Assembly (NCBI GenBank): GCA_034780895.1
Contig: JAUZTB010000002.1
Span: forward strand, 93,445,366-93,509,365
Direction: 5' to 3'
Length of the DNA stretch: 64,000 bases
Source of the DNA: Rhynchobatus australiae
Taxonomy: Eukaryota
In this document: positions 25,340-38,479 of the stretch, piece by piece
Layout of the letters: each line of letters begins with the position of its first letter
Numbering within the stretch: position 1 is the stretch's first letter
The notes under the pieces: model-generated
What the model saw: only the letters and a program-made list of their open reading frames with translations
Told to the model about the DNA's origin: nothing
Database searches by the model: none
Made by a program: the position numbers and the translations under genes

Positions 25340-26172
25340 AGGAATACAAGGAGAAGTAGGCCCTTCAGACCTTCAAGCCTGCTCTGATGCCAATTATCCA
25401 CTCTAACTTCTACAGATATACTGTTGAAGGTATTCTGACTGGTTGCTTCATGGTCTGGTATGGCAATTTGAATGCACAAGAATGCAAGCTGCTGCAGAGA
25501 ATAGTGGACTCTGCCCAATACATCACAGGCATATCCCTCCCCACCATTGGTAGTATCTATAGGAGGCACTCACTGCCTCAAGAAGGAAACATCCAAAGAT
25601 CCCCACCATCCGGGCCATGCCAGCTTTTCGCAACTACAATCTGGTAGGAGGTACAGAAGCCTGAAGTCCCTCCCCACCAGGTTCAAGAACAANNNNNNNN
25701 NNNNNNNNNNNNNNNNNNNNNNNNNNNNNNNNNNNNNNNNNNNNNNNNNNNNNNNNNNNNNNNNNNNNNNNNNNNNNNNNNNNNNNNNNNNNNNNNNNNN
25801 NNNNNNNNNNNNNNNNNNNNNNNNNNNNNNNNNNNNNNNNNNNNNNNNNNNNNNNNNNNNNNNNNNNNNNNNNNNNNNNNNNNNNNNNNNNNNNNNNNNN
25901 NNNNGTGCATACATGACAATAAACTCGAACCTTGACTATCCCCATTTTCCTCAACTTCCTTGGTATCCAAAAGTCTATCAGTCTCAGGCCCGAGTCTAAT
26001 CAACAACTGTATCCAGTTCTCCGGGGTTGAAATTTCTAAGGATTTACAACTGCGTGCAAAGTCATTCCACAGCTCTGTCCCAAATGTCTGACCCCTCATT
26101 TTGAAGCTACAACTCCCAAAATTCCCCAGCCCGAGATAGTATCCTCTCCCTATTTAGCCTACAGAGCCCTCT
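25340..26172 (-). mobile_element. CR1 3' fragment split by a Rex1/Babar insertion
   Basis: Tail aggagaagtaggcccttcagaccttcaagcctgctc at left; resumes after ~25935 (gtatccaaaagtctatc...tctgacccctcattttgaagct). Confidence 0.65.
25400..25932 (+). mobile_element. Rex1/Babar LINE 3' fragment
   Basis: NFYRYTVEGILTGCFMVWYGN..LQRIVDSAQYITG..LP and DPHHPGH..SGRRYRSLK..TRFKN; tail catgacaataaac. Confidence 0.9.
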
Positions 26173-26889
26173 TGGTAGAGCAGAGTTAACTGTCTTGTAA
26201 CTTTTATTACACACATGTTGAACCACAACCTATAAGCCAATTCCATATATAAAAAAACCTCCAAAAGCACTCCATCAGGGATCCATACTTTTCAAATCCA
26301 CAAACCATTAAAACAAAGAATGTAAAAAATTTAAAAGGAACTATTAAAAAAAAATCCTGAACATCATTTGCTACATATAGACTTAACATGAAGGGTCCCT
26401 AAACAAACTCTGTGCCTCGACTGCTTCGAAACTGCATTCTGCCGAGGAACACTCAGCAATAAAATAATCTAACAATTCTAACAAACTCAACCCTTCTGTA
26501 AACGTGTATGTTTCTGTTCAAAAATGTATTGTGAATATAATGTATATAACACACAAACTGGTNNNNNNNNNNNNNNNNNNNNNNNNNNNCAGCATTAAAA
26601 GGTTTAAAGGCATTCCGTCTTCAAACTTCTCAGAAAAACATTGGTTCAAGCAACAATTCCCAGTGGGCTTCAATGGTATGAGGGAAAACTTGGAAGAGTT
26701 TAACTGAGTAAAACTGGCCATAGCCATTGAGGCAGACAGCAAACAGAATATTTTCAAATGCTCACACAAGAGTTTTAAAAATTAATATAATTGTAGAGTT
26801 ACTAAGTATAGGTTAAATAGATCTGCTGCAAATTATGATGAAAATTATGGACTAAAAGAAATCTGGCCTTTAACAACCATTCATGTTTC

Positions 26890-28480
26890 AAGATGTGCAT
26901 GTCACAAGCAAGGACACTAATTATTGCCCTTCTCTAATTGCCCTGCAGACAGTGATCGTGAGCTACCTCCTTAAACTACCTACTGTTGGTTTGAGATTCC
27001 ATGATTTAGAACAAGTGACCATGAAGGAATGATAATGTATTTTCAAGTCTATTAGCATAGGCTAGACAAATAATTGCAGTTCATTTTGCAGATGGCACAC
27101 AATATAGACACCATGCATTAATCATGGAGGGAATCAACATTTAGGAAGATAAATGAGGCAGCAATCCAATGGGCTGTTTTGCTCTGGACATCATCATAGT
27201 TTTTGCATTGATGGAGCTGCACTCAAGGCAAATGGACAGTATTTCATCACACCGATGAACCTGTGCTTTGAAGATGGCGTAAAGACTTTGGGTTGCCAGG
27301 AAGTGAGTGACTTATCATAGGATACCCAACTGTTGACCTAATCTTGTACCAGCAGAATGAATGTGGCAGGCCCAGTTGAGTTTAGACAATGATATCCCCA
27401 GGATATTGATGCTGGATGATTTAGCAAAGATATTGACAATGAACATCAGAAGTATATGGTTAACATATAACAGTGCAGTACAGGAACAGGCTCTTCGTCC
27501 CACGGCATCTGTGCCAACCATGATGCCAAATTAAACTAAACCTGTCTGGTTGCACGTGATCCATATCCCTTCATAGAATCTTATTTGCTTGAAATGGTTA
27601 TTGCCTTGCACTTCTGTGATGTAAATGTTATTTTGCAATGTTATCTAAGTCTTGCTGCACACAAGCATGAACTGCTTCATTTTCCACTGAGTTACAAATG
27701 GAAATGGACATTGTGCAATAAACAGTGAACATCTCCACTTCTGAATCTATTAGGGAAGGAAGGTAATTGATAAAACCAGCTAATAGGGACTATTTTGCAG
27801 AACTGCTGCAACATCTGGGGCTAGGGTGGTTGATCTCCATAAACCACAACCAACTAAAGGCATTTCCCTTATGATGACTATATTTTTAATTTTAATAAGA
27901 CCTCCTTGATGTCATTCTCACCTCACTTCTGCAAATCAGTTCTTTGGTCCATGTCTGAACCAAAGCTGTGATGAGGTTTGCAGCCATGTGATGCTGGTGA
28001 GACCCAAACTTGGCATCAGTGAGCAGGTTATTTGAGAGTAAGCATCATTTGATAGTACCATTGGATCCCATCCTTCAATTGCTGATGATTGAGAGTGGAC
28101 TGTAATAAAAACAGAAAATGCTGGGGAAAAAAAAAATCAGCTGATCGGGCAATATCTGTAAAGAGAAACATAGCTCACATTTCAAGGTCAAGAGCCTTCA
28201 CTGGAGCTGGAAAAGTGAGAGTGAACTGATGCGACAGTAATAGTCAGATTGCACGTTTCCTATTTCTTGGGAACATGACATTAGGGGTAATTTTCCACAT
28301 TGTCTGGTAATGCTACTGTAGCCACTGTACTGGAATGGGTTAGCTAAATGGTCAGCTCTGGAGTGAAAGTTTCTTCAGGTCCCCCAGCCTCTGCTGTATC
28401 TGGTACTCTCATCCATTTCTTAGCATCACATGGAATGAATCAAATTGGTTGAGGAAAAGCTTCCACAAAGGTGGACTTGG
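26890..28480 (-). mobile_element. Degenerate L2/CR1-group LINE with nested CR1-tail (27465-27570) and pLTR (28103-28220) fragments
   Basis: Tail aattattgcccttctctaattgccctg; internal tggcccagttgagttt, gtgaacatctccacttctga, gagacccaaacttggcatcagtgagcaggttat. Confidence 0.7.
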
Positions 28481-28529
28481 AACTTCTGATTAACCAATAT
28501 CTATCACTTTGAGTGCAGTTTGTCTTATA

Positions 28530-29210
28530 ACATGGCATATGGACTTCCAAAAGGGCTTTGGCAAACTTCCTCATCAAAACATGCACCATAGGCCAACATC
28601 ACTAAAATTTATGGTCAAACCTGAAAACAGTTAAGTGATTAAAATGGCTTAAGTGGCTTAGATGGAGGAATCAGTGGGTACTTATTCTTAATATATGCAA
28701 TATCAAGGAAGCAGAATACTGAATGAACTACCTCATGGCACCTTGTGTTGTGACTCCTATTTCTGATTTTCTCAATGACTAAACTTGGACGTAATGGGAC
28801 ACTAGGAGCATGAAAATGGGAAGAGAAGAGTTAAACAAGACCTACAAAAGGAATTTAATAAAATCTGTAACTAGGCAGAGTAGTAACATGTGAAATCCAA
28901 TACTAGTGTTAGTGGAAGATATTGTACAATAGGAAAAATAGATTGCATACATTGTTTATGATGTAAAAATAGCTGAAAGAGATCCGAGGGCGTAAATTGC
29001 CTCAGCCCTTTGCATGACAAAACATTGCAGCAGCTAACAAAGCAAACAGCACATTGAATTACCAATACTAGCAATCAACGGACAATAAACCAGAAAAGTA
29101 CATGCTTGAACTGTAGTCTGACTACACTTTGAGTATTGTGTTCAGTTTCTGTCACTATGATGCAAAGAAAAATTTGAGCTTTGCCAGCTGTTTACAAGGT
29201 TCACAAAAAT
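28530..29210 (+). mobile_element. Highly degenerate CR1 RT fragment
   Basis: tatggacttccaaaagggcttt (MDFQK.F) and tttgagtattgtgttcagtttctgtca (EYCVQF.S). Confidence 0.6.
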
Positions 29211-29318
29211 ATGCAAGATGATAAATAGTATAAATATAACATTTTCAGAAGAGCAATTAGCAATGTTGATAGAATAAACAAACAACCGTCAATAGATAGA
29301 TCCAGTGCATTCTCCTAC

Positions 29319-29442
29319 ATTACAATGGCAAACTGATAGCAACTTCAGAATTTCTGTCAAAATGTTGTCAGTGATCCAGTACTTTTCCACAAACTGCACT
29401 GTTTTCACAGCCTGCTCCACCACTTCACGAGAAATCAGTGAA
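29319..29442 (-). CDS. Internal exon (124 nt, phase 2-0) of the unidentified gene
   Basis: Strong acceptor gca-(T run)-gctag|T; open frame SLISREVVEQAVKTVQFVEKYWITDNILTEILKLLSVCHCN; donor AAT|gtagga. Confidence 0.75.
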
Positions 29443-30544
29443 CTAGCAAAAAAAAATGCAGGTACTTATGAAGTGACCTCACTGCAAAGTATCCTGAAAT
29501 GTTATGCTTTGTTACATAAGATGCAACTGAGCTTTTAATTGCAGTAAGTCATGATTATTGATCATTGGCAAATTCTCTGGTATTTGAAAGAGTAATTACA
29601 ATTCCAAAGATTTCAAAATATAGTGGATTTTAGAATAGATTTTTTTTAAATAGTTCTGATATTTCTTTCACCTTCTGCATCTTTTGTATGTTTTAATCTT
29701 TATTTTGCCCTCTTTAAAATGCCTTGAACTGCTACTTGGCAGAAACTGATGATGAAAGAGTGCCCCATACCACAGAGGTCACAAGATGTTATGTCAACAG
29801 CCAGGCCAATACATCACGATCATTAATGACATACAAGAGTCAGGTTTAAATTGGCGAAGAACAATTTCAAAACCAAAGCACTAAACTGCTGATAGTTTAC
29901 CTTTTACTTGCACCGAGTAATATTATGCAAGAGGCCTCGACAATGGCTACATTTGGAATTAAAATAGATTAGCTTCTGGATAGGAATAGAAATTATGTAA
30001 AACTGATGCTGGTGTTATATCTGTCTTGCATGACAGCAGATCTATAAGTGAGGACTAGAATGTACAAAACTAGGAAGATAATTATGGAATGAGGGTGGGG
30101 AAATTGGGGATGTGATGCAAAAGGGTTAGATAAAGAAACTGAAAAACAAACGACTGCAAACCAAACCACTTCAGCTCATGACGCCAACTGACATTTATTT
30201 AAATCAACAATGGAATAAACTCATTTTTAAGCTCTCAATGTATTTTAGTTATGCAAAGTAGTGAAAGACTCCTGCATCCTTGCAAACAAGGTCCCAGGCC
30301 CCCAAACTAATGGGTTAATGCAAAATAAAGCAGTACAAAAATTTAATTTGGACGTGCTTACATTGACATGAACAAATTCTCTGCCCAGCAAGACTCTCAG
30401 TAGAGCATTATAAAAAGCAATGACAATATTTTCTTAGTTTGCTTTAAAAGATGTGCTGAACTAAATAGATCAAAGAATTTCTCCTACATTAATGCAGCAA
30501 TAGTGAAAAAAGGGGAATTTTACTTTCTTGGAATAATGTTGCAA

Positions 30545-31930
30545 TCGAACATGAAGAACAGGACCACATCAGCCAGCCCTTCAAATCTGCTCTACCATTT
30601 AATAAGATTGTGGTTACCTTCTCTATCCTGAATGAGCCACCAATTTCCTTCGTATACAAAAATGTATCAATCCCAGTCTTAAATACACTCAAAGCCTTTT
30701 GGGGTTGAGAATTCCAAGGCTTCACGATCTTCTGGTTAAACTTCTGCGCACTTTGGCCTTAAACTGATGACCTCTTATTCTGACACTTTCTGGCCCAGGG
30801 AAAACATTCTTCCAGCAGCTACATTGAAATATATAGAATTCATAAGGGATTTCACAATGAGATCAACCTTATCATTTTACACTCCAATAAATATGTACCT
30901 TGACTATTCATTCTCTGTCACCTGAGCCCAATCTCTTCACCCAAGAAAACAGTCTTTCACCTATTCTAAGGCTCATGTGGTAGGGAAGCTAAATAGTCAC
31001 CATTTCTCCTGCTGTGTTTGTACAAAGACTCCATATGCTTCAACTCTTGAAGCAGGCACCGTAGTGTAGCGGTTAGCGCAATGCTATTACAGCACCAGGA
31101 ACCCGGGTTCAATTCCAGCTGCTGCCAGTAAGGAGCTTGGATGTCCTCCCAGTGTCTGCGTGGGTTTCCTCTGAGTGCTTCATTATCCTCCCAAATTCCA
31201 AAAACGTACAGGTTAGGAAGTTGTGAGCATGCTCTGTTGGCACCAAAGCGTGGCAACACTTGCGGGCTGCCCCCAGAACACGCTACACAAAAGATGCATT
31301 TCACTGTGTGTTTCTATGTACATGTGATGAAAAGGCTATCTTATCTTTCATAAAAGGTAAACATAGCATTTGCTTCCCAGATGCTTGAATGTTATATTTT
31401 TATTTTACAAGTCCCTCTGAACACCAACATTTCAGTCCCGCAGCTTTTAAAAAAACTTCTCCCTTTCTGATTTTCCTACGTGGATAAACTTACACTTATG
31501 TTCTGCATGTCATGCTCTTACCCATTCATTTAGCTATATCCCTTTTGCATCCCCCCCACACAGTTTATTTTTCCATCAAGCTTTGTACATCAGCAAACAC
31601 ATTACTCTCAGTTTCTCCGTAAAAGTCACTGATGGAGATTATAAATACCTGACATACAGGTAATCTACGAGACAACCCAGCTGGTTGGTCTGTCAATCCA
31701 AAAACTGTCTCCTTATTCCTGGTCTGATCTCTGTCCATTAATTAAACCTACAATGATTTTAATATGCTACCCCAACACCTATACCTTAAGCACAAACTTA
31801 GTGTAACTGCTGCTGAATGCTTTCAGAAAATCCAAACCCAGTATATCCACTAGCTCTGCCTTTTCTGCACGAGTGAAAAATCTCTAACCACATGAGGAAA
31901 AACAATCAAATGCAATATCCCCTTTATATG
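30545..31930 (-). mobile_element. Old CR1 split by a SINE insertion
   Basis: Tail gaacatgaagaacagga...ttgagaattccaaggcttcac; resumes after 31350 (aacatagcatttgcttc...tgaatgctttcagaaaatccaa). Confidence 0.75.
31052..31348 (+). mobile_element. Full-length tRNA-derived V-SINE with Rex1/Babar-like tail
   Basis: A box TAGTGTAGCGGT, B box GGTTCAATTCC, V-domain gtctgcgtgggtttcctctgagtgct, tail gcatttcactgtgtgtttctatgtacatgtgat plus tatct repeats. Confidence 0.85.
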
Positions 31931-32974
31931 TCTTTTAATTTAAGCATCCTATCATTATATAATAAATTCTAGCTTATTCTATTGCCCTCAATATTCTACC
32001 CCTTAATATTTTAGATGAAGTCCAATCACACCAAACCATCTTTCTAAAGTCAGTGTCTTTAGAGTTAAATACAACCACCCAAATAACTTGTGTAATTCTT
32101 ACTAGCAACTTTGCCTGATTGAAATTTATAAATTTGAACGTTTCAAGAGACTTTCTTTTTTAAAACTCTACTGCCTCACTGATCAAAGAATGAACTTAAA
32201 CAGAAGCACATACACTTATGGAAATCAGCAGCTACAGATACATTAATGAAAAAACATTTAAACTTTAAGTGGTCCAGGAAGATGCAATTACAACAGCATG
32301 GATATTGCTACACAGAATGAGGTTTTAAAATCCGGAGTGCTTGATCGTTAAAAAAAATCTAACAGATGGACAGGGCCACAAGATTTGAGTGCATTGCCTT
32401 ACCAAATGGCATGTTAATAATAGCAACAATTCCATTTGTTGACACTGCCCTTCAGCAGTAAGAGACTGTTGCCAGGGGAAATGGAAAGGTGGGGGAATGG
32501 GGGTTGAAGGGGCACTAGGTGTTAGCATTTACAGAGATCTTCTGTGAACTGCCAGTATATACAACATTTGAAGTTTTAAAACTGCTATTTCTTTTCCAAT
32601 TGCTTCCTCGGTTAAACTATTCTACACTTAGAATAAATTTGCTGTGTACAATTTTCAATGCATAGTCATGGTGAGCTGATGAGAAATGAACATAAAGTCC
32701 TACATACAAGTGTAGTCACAGCATTACCTCTAATTATTTGCATTTTATCATTTTGGTTATATATCTGCATAATATTGCCTTTAATTTTTGTTTCACTACC
32801 CTGTAATATACCCAGCATGACGTATAATTTATCATAGGCTCCATTCAATAAATATCATTTAGTTCTCCTATTCTTTTTGACAGGATTATTTCTGAATGAT
32901 TCCTTAAGGATACACTACTTCAAACAAATCATGAATCACCCAACTTTCACCCACGTTATCTTACTCATTCCCTG

Positions 32975-33660
32975 AAACATTTGAGAGAATGGGCCTACAC
33001 TTCCACAAACCAACAGCTCTCCACCAACACATCCCCACTGTTCCAACATTGCCCTTCATCAGAAAGTGGTGAACCAACACGAGACACTGGGAAATTCACC
33101 ACTGCCTTTGGTGTGCCAACAAAGCCTTTGGCCATTGAGGAAAAGTGTATCTTAAGATTTAAGACCTCAAACTGAACAAGACAAGGTCTACCAAGTAGCA
33201 ATGATCCCTGCTTTCTTATGCACTTCAGAGATGCGGATATCTACAAGAGGCATCTCTCGGCATTGGAACGATATAACCAAAGCTGACTTTATAGAATCCT
33301 CCAAATCCACTAGTGGTATAAGAGAACCAATAGCAGTGTCCTCTCCCAGATCAACATCACCAGTTGAGGACCTAACTACAGTCAGTCCATGCCATTAGCA
33401 TACCTGACAAAGCCCAAAACAAATATTCCAAGCTCTATCACTTCAGATTGATACCAACCAAAGAGTAGAAATGACTCGAGGATGTTTTCAAAGCCTTCTT
33501 GAAGTGCAACATCTTGTAGGAATCCCTTGGCCATGATCAATGAAGATGGGCAAGGAGAATTTGGGAGAGGATAAAGAACCTAAAGTCCACACGGTGGGAC
33601 ACACCGATCCCACATCAGAAGGAGCACATCACCCAGAGAACTGCAGTGTAAACAACTCAT
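32975..33660 (+). mobile_element. RTE-clade LINE 3' fragment
   Basis: Remnants ANKAFG, VYQVAMIPAFLCTSEM, YKRHLSALERYNQ, ILQIH and RGCFQSLLEVQH-type region typical of the RTE ORF C-terminus. Confidence 0.8.
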
Positions 33661-33671
33661 CTTCAATCTAA

Positions 33672-34040
33672 AAGAACACAAGAAAACAGGAGGAGTAGGC
33701 CACTGAGTCCCTCAGGCCTGCCCCACCATTCATGATGATCATGGCTGATCTATACTGGCCTCAATCCCTCTTCTGTGCCAGTTCTGCATAACCCCAATTC
33801 CTCGATCTTTCACGTTTAACTATCTCTTCCCTAAATATATCCAATGTTCTGGCCTCCATCATCCTTGGGGGCAGAAATCTAGGTATTCACTACCCTCTGA
33901 AAGTTTCTACACACTCAGCTGCAAAATAAGGGGCAAATCATTTGAAACTATGTCCCTTTTCTGTGACTCTTCCACTAGTGAAAACATCTCAGCATCTACC
34001 CTGTCAAGCCCCCTGAGGATCGTATACATTTGAATAGGGT
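33672..34040 (-). mobile_element. CR1 3' fragment
   Basis: agaacacaagaaaacaggaggagtaggccac...gatcatggctgatct...catctaccctgtcaagcccc. Confidence 0.9.
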
Positions 34041-34469
34041 CAAGAGGAGGATAAATAAGGTCAAGTAGAAGGACAGTCTAAAATTCAATTAAAAATTACT
34101 AAAGATATTAAGTACATCTCCAACAAGATAACAGCTGGGCACAAAATAGATCAGAAACATTGTTTACTCTTTTAAGTTGAAAACTAAAAATGTGGGAGAT
34201 GTTAAGTTTCTCCAAATGATCAATTTGCAATCAAAATTCCAAAAAGCTTTGGCTGGATTGAATCTTTGCTGTCCAGGAAATATAAGATGCAGCCTTGGAA
34301 AAAGATTGCATCGGAAAAATTGAGAGATTTTATGTGACACCCAAATGAGTAATTTTTGAGAAAGAACTCCAGAATGGTCATATCCAAGTGTACCCACCTC
34401 TCTAAATGTCAACATTAATATATCAATCAGATCACTTAATCAACTGCTTGTGCTCACAGCAATCGAGTC

Positions 34470-34660
34470 ATCTTATCAGGAATATTCCTTTTGTTCTTTC
34501 CTTCACCCCCTCTCTGCCACTTGGAATGAACTTATTTTCTCTTTCCTATTCTAATGAAGGATCTTCAACCTGAAATGTTAACTTTTTTTTCCCCACAGAT
34601 GCTCCCTGACCTGCTGAGTCTTCCCAGCATTTATTTTTATTTCAGATTTCTGGCATCTGT
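34470..34660 (+). mobile_element. pLTR-derived fragment with degenerate hammerhead motif
   Basis: ttCTAATGAaggatcttcaacctGAAAtgttaact...cacagatgctccctgacctgctgag. Confidence 0.7.
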
Positions 34661-36529
34661 TGTTTTTTGATTTTTGTTTTAATTTTCTGTACTCAAGTCT
34701 CCATTGTATTTTCTTCAGGTATCTGGGTGAGGACAAAAAAGAAAGAGAACAGTTTTAAATCAGGAGCTAAGTATATGCCATAATATCATGGCATCATTAC
34801 TTAATAGTTACACAATCTCCTTCCATTAAGGATCAAAAATGAGGGAAAAGAATGAGTTGTTTTGAAATGAGCTTGAAGTAAACAATAATTAAGAAAAATA
34901 AACTGGAAAATTAAATACATCTCTTATGTTTACATAATAAAACGCTACAACATGTAGATGGATAATAATTCTGGACTCCCCATTTCTAAGCGATCTGAAT
35001 AGAAATATCAAGAGGGAAAGGAAGCAAAACTTCACATTTTCTGTTTCATAATATATTGATAGAATTCATGCAAATTCCAAGCACATTTTAAAAATTAATT
35101 ATATAAAATACAATTCTATAAATACCACTGAAATACAAGGTGGTGCTGTTTCAGAGTCAAAATTCACAACTTTGTTTCTTCCACTGATTTTTCTCCAATC
35201 AACAGGGAAGGTAGAAGGTGTACAAACTCAATCTCATGGCCTGAACAGGAAATCCATGTTTCTGTTAACAATCTTTATTTTCCTCCAGGGCACATCTGNN
35301 NNNNNNNNNNNNNNNNNNNNNNNNNNNNNNNNNNNNNNNNNNNNNNNNNNNNNNNNNNNNNNNNNNNNNNNNNNNNNNNNNNNNNNNNNNNNNNNNNNTA
35401 TTTTCCTCCAGGGCACATCTGTCCATCAGTTCTTATGGTGGGCTTGAGACCCTCTGGGAGAAAGAGCAGCATGTCATTTACTCTACCATGCTGATGTTGG
35501 AGCCAGAGCTGTAAAGCAAATGTAACATTAAGGAGACAGACTTTAACTAAGTTATTTACTGTCACTGACCATGCAGATTGGGCTCACTCAACAGAAAAAA
35601 AACATCTAAAGCAATCAGCAGAAACAGGAAAAAAAAGTTTGTATCATTTTACAAAAATCCTTTCAAATTCCTTTAAGACAGGGAATTAAAATTATTTAGT
35701 GCTAGCCAATATAAAGATATGAATAATGATACGTTTATATTCAATTACCATTTAATTCAATACTCCTGTTATCTCCATCCATTGTCTTTGAACTGCAGGG
35801 TTTGACTTTCTCTCATGGAGGGTGCAACCATTTTTAAGACATTAGACGAATGAGTTCAATACCTGAGCAGCTGCAGACTGGTTTCTTAAGAAAGCTGGTT
35901 AATACAGTGCTCCCCACACTAGCTAATAAGGTCACAAGGTTGTGAACAGCTGCGAATACCACATTGGTATATCATTTAACAATTGTCCCCCGAGAACTTT
36001 GACCTGCAAGCCGTCAAAGTTACATCTGTTCTCCGGTAATGGAGTAAGCAAAAAAATAAATTGACAAACAACTGCTATTTGCCTATAAATATCCCTGTAC
36101 AGAAGTAATCCCCTGCCTACTGATCCACTTAGCTTTTTTCAAAACTATCCAGCAGTATTGTGTGTGCTGCACGTCCGTGCCTTTCTATAGATGGACACAC
36201 AAAAAAGAAACTAATTGAATAGCAGTAATTAAAAAAAAAAATCACAGTTTAGGTTGGACCCAAGTAATTAGCTCTGGTTAAAAATCTGGTTTAATATCTA
36301 TTTCATTTTCTACCACCATCTCTGTAGTAGCTAGCATTAATATCAGTAAAAGATTTAACTTTTGAGGCAAGTTGAATGTAGCAGTCTGGGTATCCTGCAG
36401 CGAATCACTCAACTCCTGACAAACCATCAAGGAGAACAAAAAAAAATTAAGACATCCGAAGACCAAGATCCAACAAAATAATCTGCAGTCTGAAGCTGTT
36501 AAGTGTAAAGCACACAGGAGATCCTGCAG

Positions 36530-38470
36530 CTAGCCAATAACCAGACCAGGCTGTCATCTGCCTATGGCCAAATACCCAAGTATCCACCCTGGTGAGAATT
36601 TATCAAGGATAGAGCAGCATCAGCATCCACTCAAAGCACTTTAAAGAACTCCTCAACTGAAACCGCCTTTGACACATGTCCTTGACTTCATGCTCACAAC
36701 TCACAACAATCTCAGCACAACGCCAGCTTGGCAAGAGCTTGTAGAGGCCATCTGACAGCTAAAAAGCCACAAGGCCTCTGAACAGATGAATCTTCGACAT
36801 ACTAAAAGATGTCAGGAAGTATTTCCAGCATGAATTCATGGTCTCATCTGAAAAAAGATGCAAGGAGATACTGGACATGTTGAAATCATGATCTTCAAAT
36901 AAAAATACTGTGTCCGATTGTTGTAATTAGAGGGGTTTCCCTGCTATCATTCACAGGAAAAGTCATCACAAGGATTGTTCTCAGAGCTGCTCCCAAAGTC
37001 ACAATGGAGTTCTCACTCAACAGGATGTACAATGGGCATGACCTTATCAAGCAACAACACTAAGAATAACAAAGGGAGCAGGACTCAGCACTGTATGTTG
37101 ACCTCACAAAATCCCAAATTTGCAGTGAGCTAAGTGGAATCACAGAGCATGCTTCTCAGATGTGGCTATCCTCAGCAATTCTCTACCATTCTACATCCGT
37201 TGCACAATAACATGCAACCCGTGATCTAACCAAGGGGTCTATCACACAGGCCAAATCCCAGTTCACACTTAGATCAAGCAAAGCTGTGCCATCACTCCCA
37301 CTTTCTTCTCAATCTTCCTCTCCACAAGAGTACACCATACTTCCAACAGGCTCCCATTAGAGTGGTTAATCTGTATGAAAAATGGGAAGCTTATCAAACT
37401 GCTTTGCAGCCATTCCAGAACCAAGATCACTCAAACTTGAATCATTAATTTAGTGCACAGACAATAAAGCCAAACTATAGTATATCAAGACCTTCATTGA
37501 AGCATACAAGAGAATGGACCTTGCACCTAACAACATGAATACAAAGAAGAGGACATAGGTGAGGTCTTCAATGAATACTTCCCATCTGCTTTCACTAAGG
37601 ATACTGCATTTGAAGAATTCATGGAAGTTGGTGGTGAAATCCTGAATGCATTATCATTAAAAAGGTATTAGATACCTTAGCAGTGGGTAAACACCCAGGA
37701 CCTGAGATGTATCCGAGGCCATGATGATTAATAAAAGAGGTGCAGCTTATGTAGTCTACATGGACTTCAAAGAGGCATTTGACAAGATCCCATGTGAAAG
37801 ACTGATGCAAAAGTTTAGAACCCATGTGATCGAAGGCAAGTTAGCAAATTGGATCCAAAATTTTCTTAGTCATCAGAGGCTGAGGAGATTCTGCAGGGTT
37901 GTTCTAACAATTGGAAGCCTGTGACCAGTGGTGTACTATAGGGATTACTACCAATAAAGTCCTCCAAATCCATCGGCAGGGTAAGTGAAGCAACGTCAGT
38001 ATACTTTCCTATGTCAACATCTTGAGGTTCCGATCATGCTTAACCAGCTCTTCTGGGCAAGCTCATCTTCTGCATATCTGACACTATACACCCAAACCAA
38101 GATTCTACTTCCAACTCCATCATTGCAAGAGATGTCCAAAAGGACAAGTTGAAGACATTCTCATTGAGAAAAATGCAACATCCTCACCAGCTCAAAATCA
38201 TTGGCCCATAACCATTCAAAATAGAGAAGCAGCATCCAGGGAAGCACCAAACAACTCAAGTGTCTATGCCAGATGCACACGGAGTCCAAGCCCAAAAAAC
38301 TGAAGGAGCACACATCCCAAACAACCTACCCAATCCCTTATGTCAAGCACCACCTGCTTCACCCTATGGCAGAATCTGCTGTTCACAGAACTGCAGTAGA
38401 GGCTTCATCCTTAACCCCAAGGGACTGTCCACGAAAAAGGAAGCAAAAGCTCTTCCAACATCTACAAGCA
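36530..38470 (+). mobile_element. Degenerate RTE-clade LINE interrupted by a CR1 piece
   Basis: aattagaggggtttccctgctatc (NYRGISLL-like), gttgacctcacaaaa (VDLTK), AYKRMDLAPN before the insert; VLQIHRQ and LFWASS after it. Confidence 0.75.
37545..37948 (+). mobile_element. CR1 internal fragment nested in RTE
   Basis: ORF 37721-37924 VVYMDFKEAFDKIPCERL..GKLANWIQNFLS; ends at tggaagcctgtgaccagtggtgta. Confidence 0.85.
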
Positions 38471-38479
38471 GCACAGGTC

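Noticed and set aside
25199-29442. Resemblance of LL....NRKHFY.EP to the IRE1/RNase L KEN motif
   Set aside because: Only a few residues match and there is no kinase context; insufficient to name the gene
31056-31125. tRNA gene
   Set aside because: A and B boxes run directly into a V-domain and LINE-derived tail, so it is a SINE head
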